A stretch of DNA of 64,000 bases, from assembly GCF_009914755.1 (NCBI RefSeq), contig NC_060938.1. One strand, given 5' to 3'. Every line of letters begins with the position of its first letter. Within the stretch, counting starts at the first letter, position 1. Positions 35,125 through 46,536 of this stretch are shown piece after piece. The DNA comes from the human T2T-CHM13v2.0 reference genome, Homo sapiens. The notes under the pieces were generated by a model, which worked only from the letters and a program-made list of their open reading frames with translations, had not been told where the DNA came from and searched no databases. Both the position numbers and the translations under genes were made by a program.

Positions 35125-38100
35125 GTAGGACTGGGGGGCCCCAGGGGGGAGGTGGCTGGGATCAATGGCCTTTCAAGAGCTCCGAGCCAGAGTGGAGAGG
35201 TCACAAGCAGCCTTGAGGGGGCCTCCAAGCAGAGGTGCCCTGACTGGTGGGCAAGGGAAGCCTTCCTGGGCTGCTCCAGACCTTCCCTTTATGCCCCTGC
35301 TGGAGGTGCTGGGGACAGCCAGTTACCACGAGCCACAGCATTGCAGAGTGGGCTGCAGGCCCCCTGACCCCTGCCACCACCCTGGGCTGGGGGCCTTCTC
35401 TGTATCACCCTCCCCTCTCCCTTGTCCACCCTAGTCCCACCCCAGTGGCAGCCCAGGTCCGGGAAGTCAAGACGGTCTCTGTCTCAGCACTGGAGGGGCC
35501 ATCGTGGCCCAGCCAGAAGTCAAGCCCCGCCCTGTCTGGTGACCCTGCGGGTGCTGCCCCATCCAGTTGCAGGTCCTGGGAGCGCTGGCTGTGCTGTGGC
35601 TGGGCTCCGTGGCTCTTATCTGCCTCCTGTGGCAAGTGCCCCGTCCTCCCACCTGGGGCCAGGTGCAGCCCAAGGACGTGCCCAGGTCCTGGGAGCATGG
35701 CTCCAGCCCAGCTTGGGAGCCCCTGGAAGCAGAGGCCAGGCAGCAGAGGGACTCCTGCCAGTAAGTGAGCCCATGGAGGCCTGCGGGGGCAGGTCTCAGT
35801 TTGGGGCTGCTGCCTGTGTTTCTGCCCTTGGATCTGCCCGTGAGATAAGGGGGGCCCTCTACCAGCTCCTCCAGGAAGGTGCAGGTCACCAGGGAGGGCC
35901 ACGACCATATGAGCTGGAGTGGGGGCTGGGGACGGGGCAGGCGTGTGGTGCTTTTTGCAGCAAACAGAGGCTGCCACCTGGGGGCTCTGACAGGCTGGAG
36001 AACACTGCCTGTGCTGAGGCTCACCCCCTCAGTCCTTCCACCCCTGGGGGTAATGTCACTGTCCCCTGCCGCCCCTCATCCTTCCCTCCCACCCTTCTTT
36101 CCCTGCGGTTGGGGTCCTGGAATCCCAGGACTGCCCCGGAGGAACCTGTTGGGCCATCCTGCACACATCCCCTGGAAACGGGAGCTTACCTGCCCCTGGC
36201 CCAACCTTTCCCTTCCAGGACAGCTCTGGCCACCACCAAGGGCTTCCACACCACGAGGCCACCCCAGACCCCAGACTCCACAGCTCTGCTCTACTCTGCC
36301 CGGCTTCAGGAGCAGCTGCTCCCTGTGGGCAGTGCCTCAGGGCTGAGTGGGGCCAGGACCCCCCAGTCTAGCCTGCTCTGGACCAGGCAGCCCCTCTCAG
36401 GCTCCTTCCCAAATTGCTCCTGGGTGTCACCACCCCAGCAGCATGCTGGGCTCAGGCCCACCCTGCCCAGTCTGTTTTGTTGCCTATACCTTAAACCCTT
36501 ACCCTGCACACTTGGCCTGGGCTCATCCCGGGGGCCACCTGAGCAACGGTTGCTCTGGCTTGGCAGTGGGATGGGGCAGGTGATGTGAGGTGGGCTGGGG
36601 GCTCCCGCACCCATACTGAGCCCAGTGTGGCTCTCCCCACAGGCTTGTCCTTGTGGAAAGCATCCCCCAGGACCTGCCATCTGCAGCCGGCAGCCCCTCT
36701 GCCCAGCCTCTGGGCCAGGCCTGGCTGCAGCTGCTGGACACTGCCCAGGAGAGCGTCCACGTGGCTTCATACTACTGGTCCCTCACAGGGCCTGACATCG
36801 GGGTCAACGACTCGTCTTCCCAGCTGGTGCGCCCCGCCCTGGCCCCACCGCATCCTGGTGCTGGAAACACAGCAAGTCAGGCTGCCTATCTATGCAGGCG
36901 TCTCGGGCACCAGGCCCGGGGGCTCAGCTTGGTGGTAGGGTCTAGCATGGAACAGGGATTAGGCCGCTCCTTTGGGGGCTCTAACGGCAGAGGTGTCAAG
37001 GAGCTGGGCCTCTGGGTGACTAAACACTCAGACTGTGCCTGGTGCAGTTTGGCTCTCACCAAGGGTCATCCAGATACTTGACCTGACCTTGAGCTGTGGG
37101 CAGTCATAGGTGGGCCTCCTGAGGAGGACATGGGTCCTAGTGGGGATGCGGAGGAGAGGGCAGCCTGAGGTCAGCTCTCATGGCTGGCCTGGCCTTGCAG
37201 GGAGAGGCTCTTCTGCAGAAGCTGCAGCAGCTGCTGGGCAGGAACATTTCCCTGGCTGTGGCCACCAGCAGCCCGACACTGGCCAGGACATCCACCGACC
37301 TGCAGGTTCTGGCTGCCCGAGGTGGGTACCTGCACCATGCTGGGCACCACTGCCCTAGCGTCGGGCATGGGCTGTCTGGCTGGCACCACAGGACAAGGAA
37401 AAGAAGTGAGGGTGGGAAAGGTGCCCTGGACTTCCCTAGGACACCCCAGGAGGGCAGGACCCAGGGCTCTGAGGTCCTTTGAGTCAGCTTCACCTGGGCA
37501 CAGGGCTGGTTCCACGGATCCAAAAGTGCCATTTTCCACAGGGCAGAGCACAGGTGGCCTCGGAGCCCTGCTGAGCCCAGCAGCTGACCTGTGGGTGGAG
37601 GCTCAGGCTGGGACCTCTGGCTGGGCAGTGAGAGGCCATGGGCAGTCACCACAAAGGCAGGCTCTGGAGCTGAGCTGCCCAGAGGGATCCTGGGCCAGTC
37701 TATCCCTCTGTGTCCTCACCTATAAAATGGGGATGAGGATAGCAGCAGCTTAGTAGGACTGTTGTGAGGACATCTGAGTCAACCCCACTGTCAAGAGCTT
37801 GGGGTCAGGCTCACCATGAAGCTAGCACTTAGCAAGACCTAGTTCATCCCATTGCCTGAACTCTCCACCAGGTGCCCATGTACGACAGGTGCCCATGGGG
37901 CGGCTCACCAGGGGTGTTTTGCACTCCAAATTCTGGGTTGTGGATGGACGGCACATATACATGGGCAGTGCCAACATGGACTGGCGGTCTCTGACGCAGG
38001 TGAGTGCCAGGGCCCTAACACAGGAGGCCTGCCTGAAGCGTTTCCCCGCCTGCACTCCTGGGGACTTGGCCTGACATCTCAGTGCATCTGGAGAAAGTCG

Positions 38101-40858
38101 TGTAGTCCTGTTTACAATTCACTATGGTAGAAACAACCGGAGACTGGTCTAATAAATGATAGAATTCTACACAGCCACTGAATTCATGCTGTGGAATCAC
38201 ATTCAATGACATGGAAAGATGTTCAAGTCACATTACCCAGGGAAGCATGCAGATTACAAAATACAAGCCTTTTTAGGAAAAGCAATGCATGAAAAACGTG
38301 TCAGAATGGTCATGGCAAAGGCAACCATGGTTATCACTTGACAGTGGGATTAAGAATGATCCCATTCTTAATGGCTTGATGCATTTTCTATTGTTTTTGT
38401 AATAAACGTGTATTGCTTTGATCATTGGAATACAATGTTCAAAAACACAGGCACCCGCTGGGCACTCCTCCCACCAGCACACTCTATTACAGATTCCTAC
38501 AGGCAATGCTTCCCGCAAGTGGGGACCAGTCGGGCAGGGACTGCACCTGCCCCAACATCCCTGGCCTGGGTGGAGTGGGGTGGAGGCCCCACAGAGGGGT
38601 TTTTCTCCCACAGCGCCTGACTTTGGTCCCTGCAGGTGAAGGAGCTTGGCGCTGTCATCTATAACTGCAGCCACCTGGCCCAAGACCTGGAGAAGACCTT
38701 CCAGACCTACTGGGTACTGGGGGTGCCCAAGGCTGTCCTCCCCAAAACCTGGCCTCAGAACTTCTCATCTCACTTCAACCGTTTCCAGCCCTTCCACGGC
38801 CTCTTTGATGGGGTGCCCACCACTGCCTACTTCTCAGTAAGACGGGTTGAGAAGGAGCCCATCAGAGGCCCCTGTTCTCCCCTGGCTGGCCAGACCCACA
38901 GGGAGCCCTCTGGGCTGGCCCTGCAGACACCAGCAGCATCAGCTGGGTCCTCAGGCAGCCAGCACCATGGGTGGGGCTGTGGCCCTGGGGTGAGCAGCAA
39001 GCAGGCTGGCATCAGTAGGCTCTGGGCTGTGCCTGGAGGCAGGCTTAGCTCCAGGAGGACAGCTGGTCAGCACCATCCCTGGGAAACAGGCCGCCTGGGA
39101 GGTGGTGGGAGGACCTGGGGCCCTGGGAGTCTCCAGACTGCTGGGCGAGGCCAAGGGGCTTAGCTGGGCACTGGAGAGGGAGGGGAACCCCACTTGCTCT
39201 GCGGGGAAGGAAGGGAAGAGTGAGGGGTGGGCAGATCCTCCTTTATCAGCCCACGGGGGTGGGGGTGGACAGCCCTCCAGCCAGCCGAGGGACTGGTCTG
39301 TAGTAGAGGCTGTATCAGAACAAGGGAAGCCTCCCTAGATGGGGGTGGGGGTGGCACCCTGAAGGGAGTGGATAAACTTCCCTGTGGCCAGGAACTGTTT
39401 CTGGGACGTCAATCCAGCCTGGAGCCCAGGGCAGTCCAGCTGCTTCCCCACTCTCTCCGCCAGGCCTCAGAGCCAGTCCCCAGGACCCCTGTTGAGCCGA
39501 CCCCTTCTTTCCTCATATTTCCAGGCACCTGGGCCCCCTCCCTCCACACCACATGGGGCCTCTTAGGTGGTGCATGGTGGGGTCACAAGTTCAGAATGGG
39601 CTGGGCTGGCAGAGCCTTCAGGGATTTCTCTCCCGTCACAGGCGTCGCCACCAGCACTCTGTCCCCAGGGCCGCACCCGGGACCTGGAGGCGCTGCTGGC
39701 GGTGATGGGGAGCGCCCAGGAGTTCATCTATGCCTCCGTGATGGAGTATTTCCCCACCACGCGCTTCAGCCACCCCCCGAGGTAGGTCTGAGTGGGAGGT
39801 GGGCGGCCTGCTCTGCTGACGGGCAGCTCCTGGGCACGTCCCCTCCTGCTGGGACCCCTATCGGGCCCGGCTTGTAAGCAGAGCCCCGTCCCTCCCCACC
39901 CCAAGGTACTGGCCGGTGCTGGACAACGCGCTGCGGGCGGCAGCCTTCGGCAAGGGCGTGCGCGTGCGCCTGCTGGTCGGCTGCGGACTCAACACGGACC
40001 CCACCATGTTCCCCTACCTGCGGTCCCTGCAGGCGCTCAGCAACCCCGCGGCCAACGTCTCTGTGGACGTGGTGAGGGCGTGCTCCCGGCCGGGCGTGGG
40101 AAAGGCGGCCCTCCTGCCGCCCTTCCTGACGCGCTGCCTCTGCTCCCCTAAGAAAGTCTTCATCGTGCCGGTGGGGAACCATTCCAACATCCCATTCAGC
40201 AGGGTGAACCACAGCAAGTTCATGGTCACGGAGAAGGCAGCCTACATAGGTGAGCGCGATCAGATCACGGCGGGCGGGCCCCAGGGTGGCCAGGCACGGG
40301 CGAGGGAGGCACTGGCTTTGTGACCGGCGTGGACACCTCAGGACGGAGGGGCTGCTGCTGAAGGGGGACGGGGTCTCCATGGAGTTCCGGGGACCAGGCC
40401 ACCCGCCTGTCACCTGGCCCCACAGGGCCCCAGAACACTGAGTCAGGACGCCTGTCCCCAAGTGATGAAGGTGGAGTTCTACCGCGACCAGCTGTCCCTC
40501 CCGCACCTAAGCGAGGGGCTTCCCCGGCTGGAGTCTGATGACAGTGGAGGGGCCAGCTGCCAACCGTCCCCAAACCCGTAGCCGGGCCTGGCGCTGAGCG
40601 GGCTGCAGAGGGGCCTGTGGGAGCCGGCGCCCCAGTGTCTCCTCCATCCTCCCCGCAGGCACCTCCAACTGGTCGGAGGATTACTTCAGCAGCACGGCGG
40701 GGGTGGGCTTGGTGGTCACCCAGAGCCCTGGCGCGCAGCCCGCGGGGGCCACGGTGCAGGAGCAGCTGCGGCAGCTCTTTGAGCGGGACTGGAGTTCGCG
40801 CTACGCCGTCGGCCTGGACGGACAGGCTCCGGGCCAGGACTGCGTTTGGCAGGGCTGA
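35035..40858 (+). CDS. PLD4: PLD4, phospholipase D family member 4 (endolysosomal 5'-3' single-strand exonuclease), 506 aa
   Basis: Ten GT-AG coding exons sum to 1521 nt. N-terminus [14 protein letters not shown], type II transmembrane segment [20 protein letters not shown], catalytic motifs HSKFWVVD and HSKFMVTE, C-terminus DCVWQG*. Confidence 0.97.
35567..35760 (+). CDS. PLD4: PLD4 exon 3 (transmembrane segment)
   Basis: atccag|TTG ... CA|gtaagt. Confidence 0.93.
36643..36826 (+). CDS. PLD4: PLD4 exon 4
   Basis: ccacag|G ... CTG|gtgcgc; encodes [11 protein letters not shown]...NDSSSQL. Confidence 0.93.
37201..37321 (+). CDS. PLD4: PLD4 exon 5
   Basis: ttgcag|GGA ... G|gtgggt. Confidence 0.93.
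37690..37830. mobile_element. MIR fragment
   Basis: cctcacctataaaatggggatgaggatag...gttgtgagga MIR core. Confidence 0.65.
37872..37999 (+). CDS. PLD4: PLD4 exon 6 (first HKD motif)
   Basis: caccag|GT ... CAG|gtgagt; encodes [24 protein letters not shown]. Confidence 0.95.
38636..38836 (+). CDS. PLD4: PLD4 exon 7
   Basis: ctgcag|GTG ... TCA|gtaaga. Confidence 0.94.
39642..39781 (+). CDS. PLD4: PLD4 exon 8
   Basis: tcacag|GCG ... AG|gtaggt. Confidence 0.94.
39906..40071 (+). CDS. PLD4: PLD4 exon 9
   Basis: cccaag|G ... GTG|gtgagg. Confidence 0.93.
40153..40249 (+). CDS. PLD4: PLD4 exon 10 (second HKD-like motif, HxKxxxxE)
   Basis: cctaag|AAA ... G|gtgagc; encodes [16 protein letters not shown]. 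Confidence 0.94.
40659..40858 (+). CDS. PLD4: PLD4 exon 11, coding part
   Basis: ccgcag|GC; encodes [10 protein letters not shown]...DCVWQG, stop TGA at 40856-40858. Confidence 0.95.
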
Positions 40859-41446
40859 GGGGGGCCTCTTTTTCTCTCGGCGACCCCGCCCCGCACGCGC
40901 CCTCCCCTCTGACCCCGGCCTGGGCTTCAGCCGCTTCCTCCCGCAAGCAGCCCGGGTCCGCACTGCGCCAGGAGCCGCCTGCGACCGCCCGGGCGTCGCA
41001 AACCGCCCGCCTGCTCTCTGATTTCCGAGTCCAGCCCCCCCTGAGCCCCACCTCCTCCAGGGAGCCCTCCAGGAAGCCCCTTCCCTGACTCCTGGCCCAC
41101 AGGCCAGGCCTAAAAAAAACTCGTGGCTTCCCGGTGCCTCTGTGTGAGTCCCGCGCGGGCGGCCCTTCATCCTCTTGCCAAGGGCCCGCCTCTATGCGCC
41201 CGCCCCTGCGAAACTGCGCCGCGCGACCGCCGTGGCAGCGCCTCAGCTAGCCCCGGGTCCGCGAGAACCTGGGGCGGGGCGGGGCGGGGACCAGACGGGC
41301 CTCCCAGGCGGAGCGAACCCTCCACCTCCCACCCCGCGCCGGGCTGCCGCGCTCCGGAACCCAAATTCCCGCCCCGAGGCTGCCGGGGGAAGCGAGAGGC
41401 GCGGAGCCCACGCCCGGGACTCCAGCGGAGGAAACGCAGACCAAGG

Positions 41447-41479
41447 CGCAGCGCCGCGCACCCACCGCCAGGGGGCAGC
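41447..41479 (+). promoter_or_regulatory. Predicted CTCF site
   Basis: Core CCGCCAGGGGGCAGC at 41465-41479, with upstream-motif-like CGCAGCGCC starting 18 nt earlier. Confidence 0.65.
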
Positions 41480-41504
41480 TCCTACGGCGCCGGACAGGGG
41501 CGGC

Positions 41505-42595
41505 GCGGGAGGGGAGCGGGGCTGAGGGGACGGGGAGGGCGGGAGGGGACCCGCGGCTGAGGGGACGGGGAGGGCGGGAGGGGAGCGGGGCTGAGGGGAC
41601 GGGGAGGGCGGGAGGGGAGCGGGGCTGAGGGGACGGGGAGGGCGGGAGGGGACCCGGGGCTGAGTGAGGGGAGGGCGGGAGGGGACCCGCGTCTGAGGGG
41701 ACCGGGAGGGCGGGAGGCGACCCGGGGCTGAGTGAGGGGAGGGTGGGAGGGGAGCGGGGCTGAGGGGACCGGGAGGGCGGGAGGGGACCTGCGACTGAGG
41801 GGACAGGGAGGGCGGGAGGCGACCCGCGGCTGAGTGAGGGGAGGGTGGGAGGGGACCCGCGGCTGAGGGGACAGGGAGGGCGGGAGGGGACCCGCGGCTG
41901 AGTGAGGGGAGGGTGGGAGGGGACCCGCGGCTGAGGGGACCGGGAGGGCGGGAGGGGAGCGGGGCTGAGGGGACGGGGAGGGCGGGAGGGGACCCGGGGC
42001 TGAGTGAGGGGAGGGCGGGAGGGGACCCGCGTCTGAGGGGACCGGGAGGGCGGGAGGCGACCCGGGGCTGAGTGAGGGGAGGGTGGGAGGGGAGCGGGGC
42101 TGAGGGGACCGGGAGGGCGGGAGGGGACCTGCGACTGAGGGGACAGGGAGGGCGGGAGGCGACCCGCGGCTGAGTGAGGGGAGGGTGGGAGGGGACCCGC
42201 GGCTGAGGGGACAGGGAGGGCGGGAGGGGACCCGCGGCTGAGGGGACCGGGAGGGCGGGAGGCGACCCGGGGCTGAGTGAGGGGAGGGCGGGAGGGGAGC
42301 GGGGCTGAGGGGACCGGGAGGGCGGGAGGGGACCTGCGACTGAGGGGACGGGGAGGATGTGAGGCGATCCGGGGCTGAGTGAGGGGAGGGTGGGAGGGGA
42401 CCCGCGGCTGAGGGGATGGGGAGGGCGGGAGGGGACCCGCGGCTGAGGGGACGGGGAGGGCGGGAGGCGACCCGGGGCTGAGGGGACGGGGAGGGCGGGA
42501 GGCGACCCGGGGCTGAGGGGACGGGGAGGGCGGGAGGCGACCCGGGGCTGAGGGGACGGGGAGGGCGGGAGGGGACCCGCGGCTGAGGGGACAGG
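41505..42595. repeat. G-rich 33-35 bp minisatellite, about 32 units
   Basis: Units such as GCTGAGGGGACGGGGAGGGCGGGAGGGGACCCGCG and GCTGAGTGAGGGGAGGG(C/T)GGGAGG...; a 340-bp higher-order duplication (41641 vs 41981). Confidence 0.95.
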
Positions 42596-43959
42596 TCCTG
42601 CGTGCGGGCTGGGGAGACAGGCGGGCGAGGGTAGGGGTGCACAAGGCTGTGTGGTTTGTGGGCTGTTGTGCAGGGTGGGTCCAAGCATGTGGGGGCAGGC
42701 TTGTCCTGGGGATGCAGTGCCCAGGGTTGGTGGATGGGGCTGAGAGGACCAGCATTTGAGCTGGAGGGCAGGAAGGTGACTCCAGTCTGAGACCAGGACT
42801 TGGATGCAGCTCCACTGGAACTCACCCTATCCTGGGAGCCACCTGGGCACCTGTCCTGCAGATGCAGGATTTGAACCCAGGTTTGGCAACTCAGTTCCCA
42901 CTCTTCTGCTATGAATGCTGGGTCAGAAGGATTCTCAAAACACCCTGGCTTATCTCACCTGATGGTTCCTGACCAAGACCACAGGGTACCCTCCCCTGGT
43001 GGAGGTCCATGGGGCCATGCTAGGCTGGAGTTCAGGGATGGCTCAGCGGTATGAAGGAGCACTGGATGCTGAATGGACCCCAGGGTGCCCCGAATGCTCT
43101 CCCGGTCTTGAGGCACCACTTTCCTACCCTTCTCTACTTCTCTCCTTTTCCTACCCTTCTCTACTTTTTTCTTTCCTACATTTGTGTCCCTGCCACACTG
43201 TGAACTCAGCCATATCTTCCTCTTCCCTCTTTGCTTTGGGGAAAGCTAGCAAAGTTCATCTCAGGTACAGTACAAGTTACTTTTCTGTTCGATTAGTGAC
43301 CTCATACTTCCCCCATCTAAAGGACACCTTAGACTTCAGCATTCTGTCTGTGCAGAAATCTCCTACACCCATCCTGCCTCCCTGCCCAAGCTTGTGAAAA
43401 GCTTGCTGCAGATGCTGCAGGGGGATAGGGATCCACATAGCCCTGCAAGGCCTTCAGGAGCTTCTGGGGGCTGCTTTGTGTGTGAGCTGCACTTGGCCAA
43501 GCCAAGCTCTGGCAGTTGCAGTGGCTGCTCCCTGTGGCTTCCTATCCCTCATTCATGCTCCATATCTCCTCAGTAACCATCTGGCAAAAAGCTTCGTGGC
43601 AACACCTGGCTCAGAAGCCGATATCATCCCAGACTAAGCTCTGCCCTCCAGGGTTGCACGTGTGGGTTTGCTCCCTGGTTCTTGGCCTTATACCTGAATG
43701 TGTCTCAGAGCACTTGGCCTGCTCTCTTGGCCTGCCAACTATGTTCTAGGAGGGCTCTGTGCTCCAGGCTGTGATTTGGACAACTGGCTGGTGGCCCTCA
43801 GCCAGTGAAAGGCCTCTTTCCACACACCTGGGGACTGGCAGTCACACCTCAGTGGCACTGACAGAGGCCTGCTTCAAGGCAGATGCCTATTCCAAAGGAA
43901 ATCCAGCTTGACAAGGCTTGGGAGACCCCAGGAGGGTGCCACAATGTGGCCCCTTCTGG

Positions 43960-44537
43960 GCTATAGCAGACAGACTCTAGAATGGCTCCCTTGACCCCCA
44001 CCTGCTGGTATGCATGCCCTTGTGTGATCTCACCTTGAGTGTGTGCAGGACCTGTGCCTTGTTGTAACCAATAGAATACAGAGGTAAGGGGATGTCACTC
44101 CTGTGACACCTTGTGATCATGTGACATAAGATTATAACATTATCAAGGAATAGCAGTCTATCCCTTGCTAGCTTTAAAAAGTGAGCTGCTAGGCTATGAG
44201 CTGTCCTATGAAGAGGCCCATGTAGCAGGGTACTGGGGTTGCCTCCAGCCCCCAACTAGCAAGAAACTGGGGCCCTCAATCATCCCATCCACAAGGAGTT
44301 GAGTGTGGCTAGCAACAACGTGAGCTTCAGAAGTGGCTGCTTTCCTGGTCATACCTGAAGGGGAGACCACAGCCCCAGCTGACATCTTGATTGTAGCCTA
44401 ATGGGACCTTGAGCAGAGAACCCAACAAAGCCACACTTGGGCTCCTGATCCACAGAAACTGGGAGATCATAAATGTGTGTTGTTTTAAGTTGCTAATTTG
44501 TAGTGATGTTCTTATGCAGCATAGATAACTCATACAC
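43960..44537. mobile_element. MLT1E/F-type MaLR LTR
   Basis: aaccaatagaata...ggatgtcactcctgtga...cctgatccacagaaactgggagatcataaatgtgtgttgttttaag...agataactcataca. Confidence 0.7.
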
Positions 44538-45724
44538 AGAGAACCAAGGCCACGTGAGAACCCTGTGGGGGCCCCTGCTGCTCAGCCACTCCTCACATGC
44601 TGGGACAGCTGTCTCTCTGGCCTCTAGCACCAAGGTCCCCACTATCCCAGGCCTTGACTCTTGGATCAGAGAGGGACAAAAGCCCCATGGAGCCAAGCAG
44701 ACTCCTCCCCCTGGGCTGCACTCACCTAGCTTGTCTGGCACACACAAGTTGGAGTAGAGAAGGCAGGAAGCCCTGGGAAGGGAGAGGGTGATGGCCTTGC
44801 TTAACTGGGATGAGTGTCCACCAAATTTCCCTTCCCACTTCCCCTGCTCATGAGCCCCCAGGGGACCTGTGTCAGTTCACTTTCTAGAGGCTTCTATGTG
44901 CCCTAACTTGGATGACACCCACAGGCCTCCCCAACTCAGCACAGGGAACATATGCCCATGGTGGCATGGGGAAAGAACCCAGCCTCTCCCCTGCCCAGGC
45001 TCCTGCACCCCATAGCTGTCACCCCTCTGGAACCTCTCAGGGCAGCACGAGTGGTAGCCTCGGAGTGGCCTTCACCCTCCAGGCACTGCGGTCCTCCAGA
45101 TTGGCTCACAGCCCAGCTCTTGCTCCCATACCCACAGCCATGAGAGCAGCCACCTCCCCAGGGGGCCATAAGCGCTTCTCACCAGGAGCCCACCTAGGCC
45201 AGGAGGGAGCTGGGGGCAAGTTCCAACTGCCCCCTTGAACACTGCATACCCATGAATCTGGCAGGGGCATCTGGGAAGAGATTTGACCACTGAAAGACTG
45301 TAGGGAAACCCTTGAACCTCAATCCGCTACGCCACGTGGATTTGCTTCCTGTGGGCTGCCCAAGAGCGCCTCTGTGGTGAAGGAAGCTTCTGAGGATGGG
45401 CCACTAAAGATGGCCAAGGTCACCTTTCTGTGCTGTCCCCACTCTGCACTCCATCTCCCATCCCACACTGCCTCCAGCTGGAGGGAGGGAGGGAGGGTTG
45501 TACGTCTGTGTCCCTGCCACACTGTGAACTCAGCCCTATCTTCCTTGTCTTCCTCACAGCCTCTGGCTCAGAGGAGGACCTGGACAAATGGATGATAGGT
45601 AGGCAACCACTCAAATGTTCCTCATTGACTGTTCTCTAGAGCTGCTTAGTAGAGACCAGGAGTGTGTGGGAGGAAAGCCCTGGTAAACTTCGACCCTGAG
45701 ACAGAAGACCTCAGCAGCCTTCAG

Positions 45725-46536
45725 CATGGGATGCAGCACTTTCTTTATTGCCCATCCAGGGAACAGCCAAGCCAGCTCCATCTGCATTCTGGCTGCAGCG
45801 TGTACATTAGGGGACTCAGGGGCCACAGTGTGGGACCGTGCACACTGGCAAGGCACTGGCGGATGCTGGCAGGCCAGTGGACATGGATAGATGAGAATGA
45901 CAACTCACAGATGTCCTAGCTTCTGCTGGCCCAGCTGCCAGCCACTGGCCATCACCCTTTTGCCCAGCATGTGTGCATTGTCACCCAAAACATCTTGAAA
46001 CTTGCCATTAGTGAGGCATTCAACAAAGAAGTAAGCTAAGTGAGTAGGAAACAGTGTTTCCTGGAATATACCGCACTCTGCCTGAAATAGGAAAACTATG
46101 TTTGCCGGGAAGCAGCAGCAGCAGGAAAGAAGTTATACCAAAAACGACTTGTACACCACAGACATTATAACCCTTTCCTCAAAGAAACAGTCATGTTCTG
46201 TTGGGTATTATGGACAGGTCTCTGGAAATTTATCTAATAAAGACCAACAAACTTCCCCAGCAGTGCCTCTGAGTACCGTGTGAATTCTGGTGTCTTGTGG
46301 AAGTCAGGGTGCCTTCTTTGCATCCAAAGCTTTGAGGGAGCTGGGAAGCTTTGGTTCCATTTTAGGAGGGCTGTGTGATGGTGACAAAGGTGTTCTGGTC
46401 ATTTCTGCTCTGTTCTCCGTTCTGTGAAGTGAGGTGGATGTAATGTGCTGTGGGATGGGGTGCTCCATATGTGTGTGTAGCCTTTACTTTCCAACTTAGT
46501 TTTTTGCATCTCTCTTGTACCGATGAGCCATACCTC
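45725..46536 (-). other. AHNAK2: AHNAK2 3'UTR
   Basis: Runs from the stop codon to about 20 nt past the AATAAA; end approximate. Confidence 0.78.
45744..45749 (-). terminator. AHNAK2 polyadenylation signal AATAAA
   Basis: TTTATT on the + strand, about 790 nt past the AHNAK2 stop. Confidence 0.8.

Larger units (their letters stand above)
39900..41520. promoter_or_regulatory. CpG island over the PLD4 3' end
   Basis: Dense CpG by eye; tandem GC boxes GGGGCGGGGCGGGGCGGGG at about 41271-41289. Confidence 0.75.

Noticed and set aside
35567-35572. Tandem acceptor cag|TTGCAG| at PLD4 exon 3
   Set aside because: Would only remove two residues (LQ); the sequence alone gives no evidence of use.
35422-36588. 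388-aa plus-strand ORF across PLD4 exon 3 and flanking introns
   Set aside because: Out of frame with PLD4, mostly intronic, with composition typical of chance ORFs in GC-rich DNA.
41243-42825. Three Pro/Ser-rich ORFs of 447-522 aa on the minus strand
   Set aside because: All three frames are open because the C-rich repeat strand lacks stop codons.
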